This document shows, piece by piece, positions 15,080 to 15,730 of a DNA stretch of 15,730 bases. Location of the stretch: the IMG/VR virus record IMGVR_UViG_2563366867_000010. One strand, given 5' to 3'. The notes under the pieces are model-generated. The model ran no database searches. It worked only from the letters and a program-made list of their open reading frames with translations, and was not told the DNA's origin. Position 1 is the stretch's first letter, and every line of letters begins with the position of its first letter. The position numbers and the translations under genes are program-made. Source of the DNA: a virus (Duplodnaviria; Heunggongvirae; Uroviricota; Caudoviricetes).

Positions 15080-15730
15080 ATGAACAATATGAACGTAATT
15101 ATTGCCGATGACCATCCGATAGTCTTGTTCGGTATTCGCAAATCACTTGAGCAAATTGAGTGGGTGAATGTTGTCGGCGAATTTGAAGACTCTACAGCAC
15201 TGATCAACAACTTGCCGAAACTGGATGCACATGTGTTGATTACCGATCTCTCCATGCCTGGCGATAAGTACGGCGATGGCATTACCTTAATCAAGTACAT
15301 CAAGCGCCATTTCCCAAGCCTGTCGATCATTGTTCTGACCATGAACAACAACCCGGCGATTCTTAGTGCGGTATTGGATCTGGATATCGAAGGGATCGTG
15401 CTGAAACAAGGTGCACCGACCGATCTGCCGAAAGCTCTCGCCGCGCTGCAGAAAGGGAAGAAATTTACCCCGGAAAGCGTTTCTCGCCTGTTGGAAAAAA
15501 TCAGTGCTGGTGGTTATGGTGACAAGCGTCTCTCGCCAAAAGAGAGTGAAGTTCTGCGCCTGTTTGCGGAAGGCTTCCTGGTGACCGAGATCGCTAAAAA
15601 GCTGAACCGCAGTATTAAAACCATCAGTAGCCAGAAGAAATCTGCGATGATGAAGCTGGGTGTCGAGAACGATATTGCTCTGCTGAATTATCTCTCTTCT
15701 GTGACGTTAAGTCCGGCAGATAAAGACTAA
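15080..15730 (+). CDS. rcsB: Response regulator RcsB (Rcs phosphorelay, LuxR/FixJ-type HTH)
   Basis: 216-aa translation MNNMNVIIADDHPIVLFGIRKSLEQIEWVNVVGEFEDSTALINNLPKLDAHVLITDLSMPGDKYGDG..LSPADKD matches E. coli RcsB essentially end to end as I recall it. Receiver domain with phospho-acceptor Asp in LITDLSMPG; C-terminal LuxR-type HTH. Confidence 0.95.
   Translation: MNNMNVIIADDHPIVLFGIRKSLEQIEWVNVVGEFEDSTALINNLPKLDAHVLITDLSMPGDKYGDGITLIKYIKRHFPSLSIIVLTMNNNPAILSAVLDLDIEGIVLKQGAPTDLPKALAALQKGKKFTPESVSRLLEKISAGGYGDKRLSPKESEVLRLFAEGFLVTEIAKKLNRSIKTISSQKKSAMMKLGVENDIALLNYLSSVTLSPADKD

Noticed and set aside
14881-15351. Minus-strand ORF 14881..15351 spanning the int 3' end and the rcsB 5' end
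   Set aside because: It is antisense to two confidently identified genes and has a hydrophobic low-complexity translation. Shadow ORF.
1-15730. tRNA genes, CRISPR arrays and rex/sieB-type exclusion genes
   Set aside because: No cloverleaf-like tRNA candidate near the integrase, no direct-repeat/spacer arrays, and no RexA/RexB-sized genes downstream of the repressor were seen. Absence is judged by eye only, not by tRNAscan or a CRISPR detector.

Overview
The window reads as the immunity, early, replication and integration part of a lambdoid prophage that ends next to a complete rcsB gene (E. coli-type RcsB, 15080..15730). Nothing here was searched against a database; all calls rest on motifs read in the six-frame translations and on sequence recalled from memory. 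Minus-strand 'early right' arm, from the immunity region leftwards: small basic protein at the Cro position (5288..5497), 97-aa ORF, a 243-bp structured non-coding region, 122-aa ORF, SF2 DEAD/DEAH helicase, zinc-ribbon/Toprim primase, 287-aa unknown protein, Q antiterminator (335..760), a candidate late promoter overlapping the Q stop, and a HokD-like toxin gene whose C-terminus is frameshifted (1..135). Plus-strand 'early left' arm: CI-like S24 repressor (5608..6264) flanked by five copies of a 14-bp palindromic operator (GATACTTTAGTATC), then a run of small unrecognised genes including a C-terminal-HTH protein and three paralogous acidic mini-proteins, an ORF6N-type antirepressor-like protein, a gene split by a complete IS4 (11068..12493, 12-bp target duplication), excisionase, tyrosine integrase, then rcsB only 44 bp downstream. 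No tRNA, rRNA or CRISPR array was recognised. The best candidates for something undescribed are the C-terminal-HTH gene plus the three paralogous acidic mini-proteins right after the operators, the ORFan block 8094..10711, and the structured poly-C region at 4733..4975; none can be assigned a function from sequence alone.
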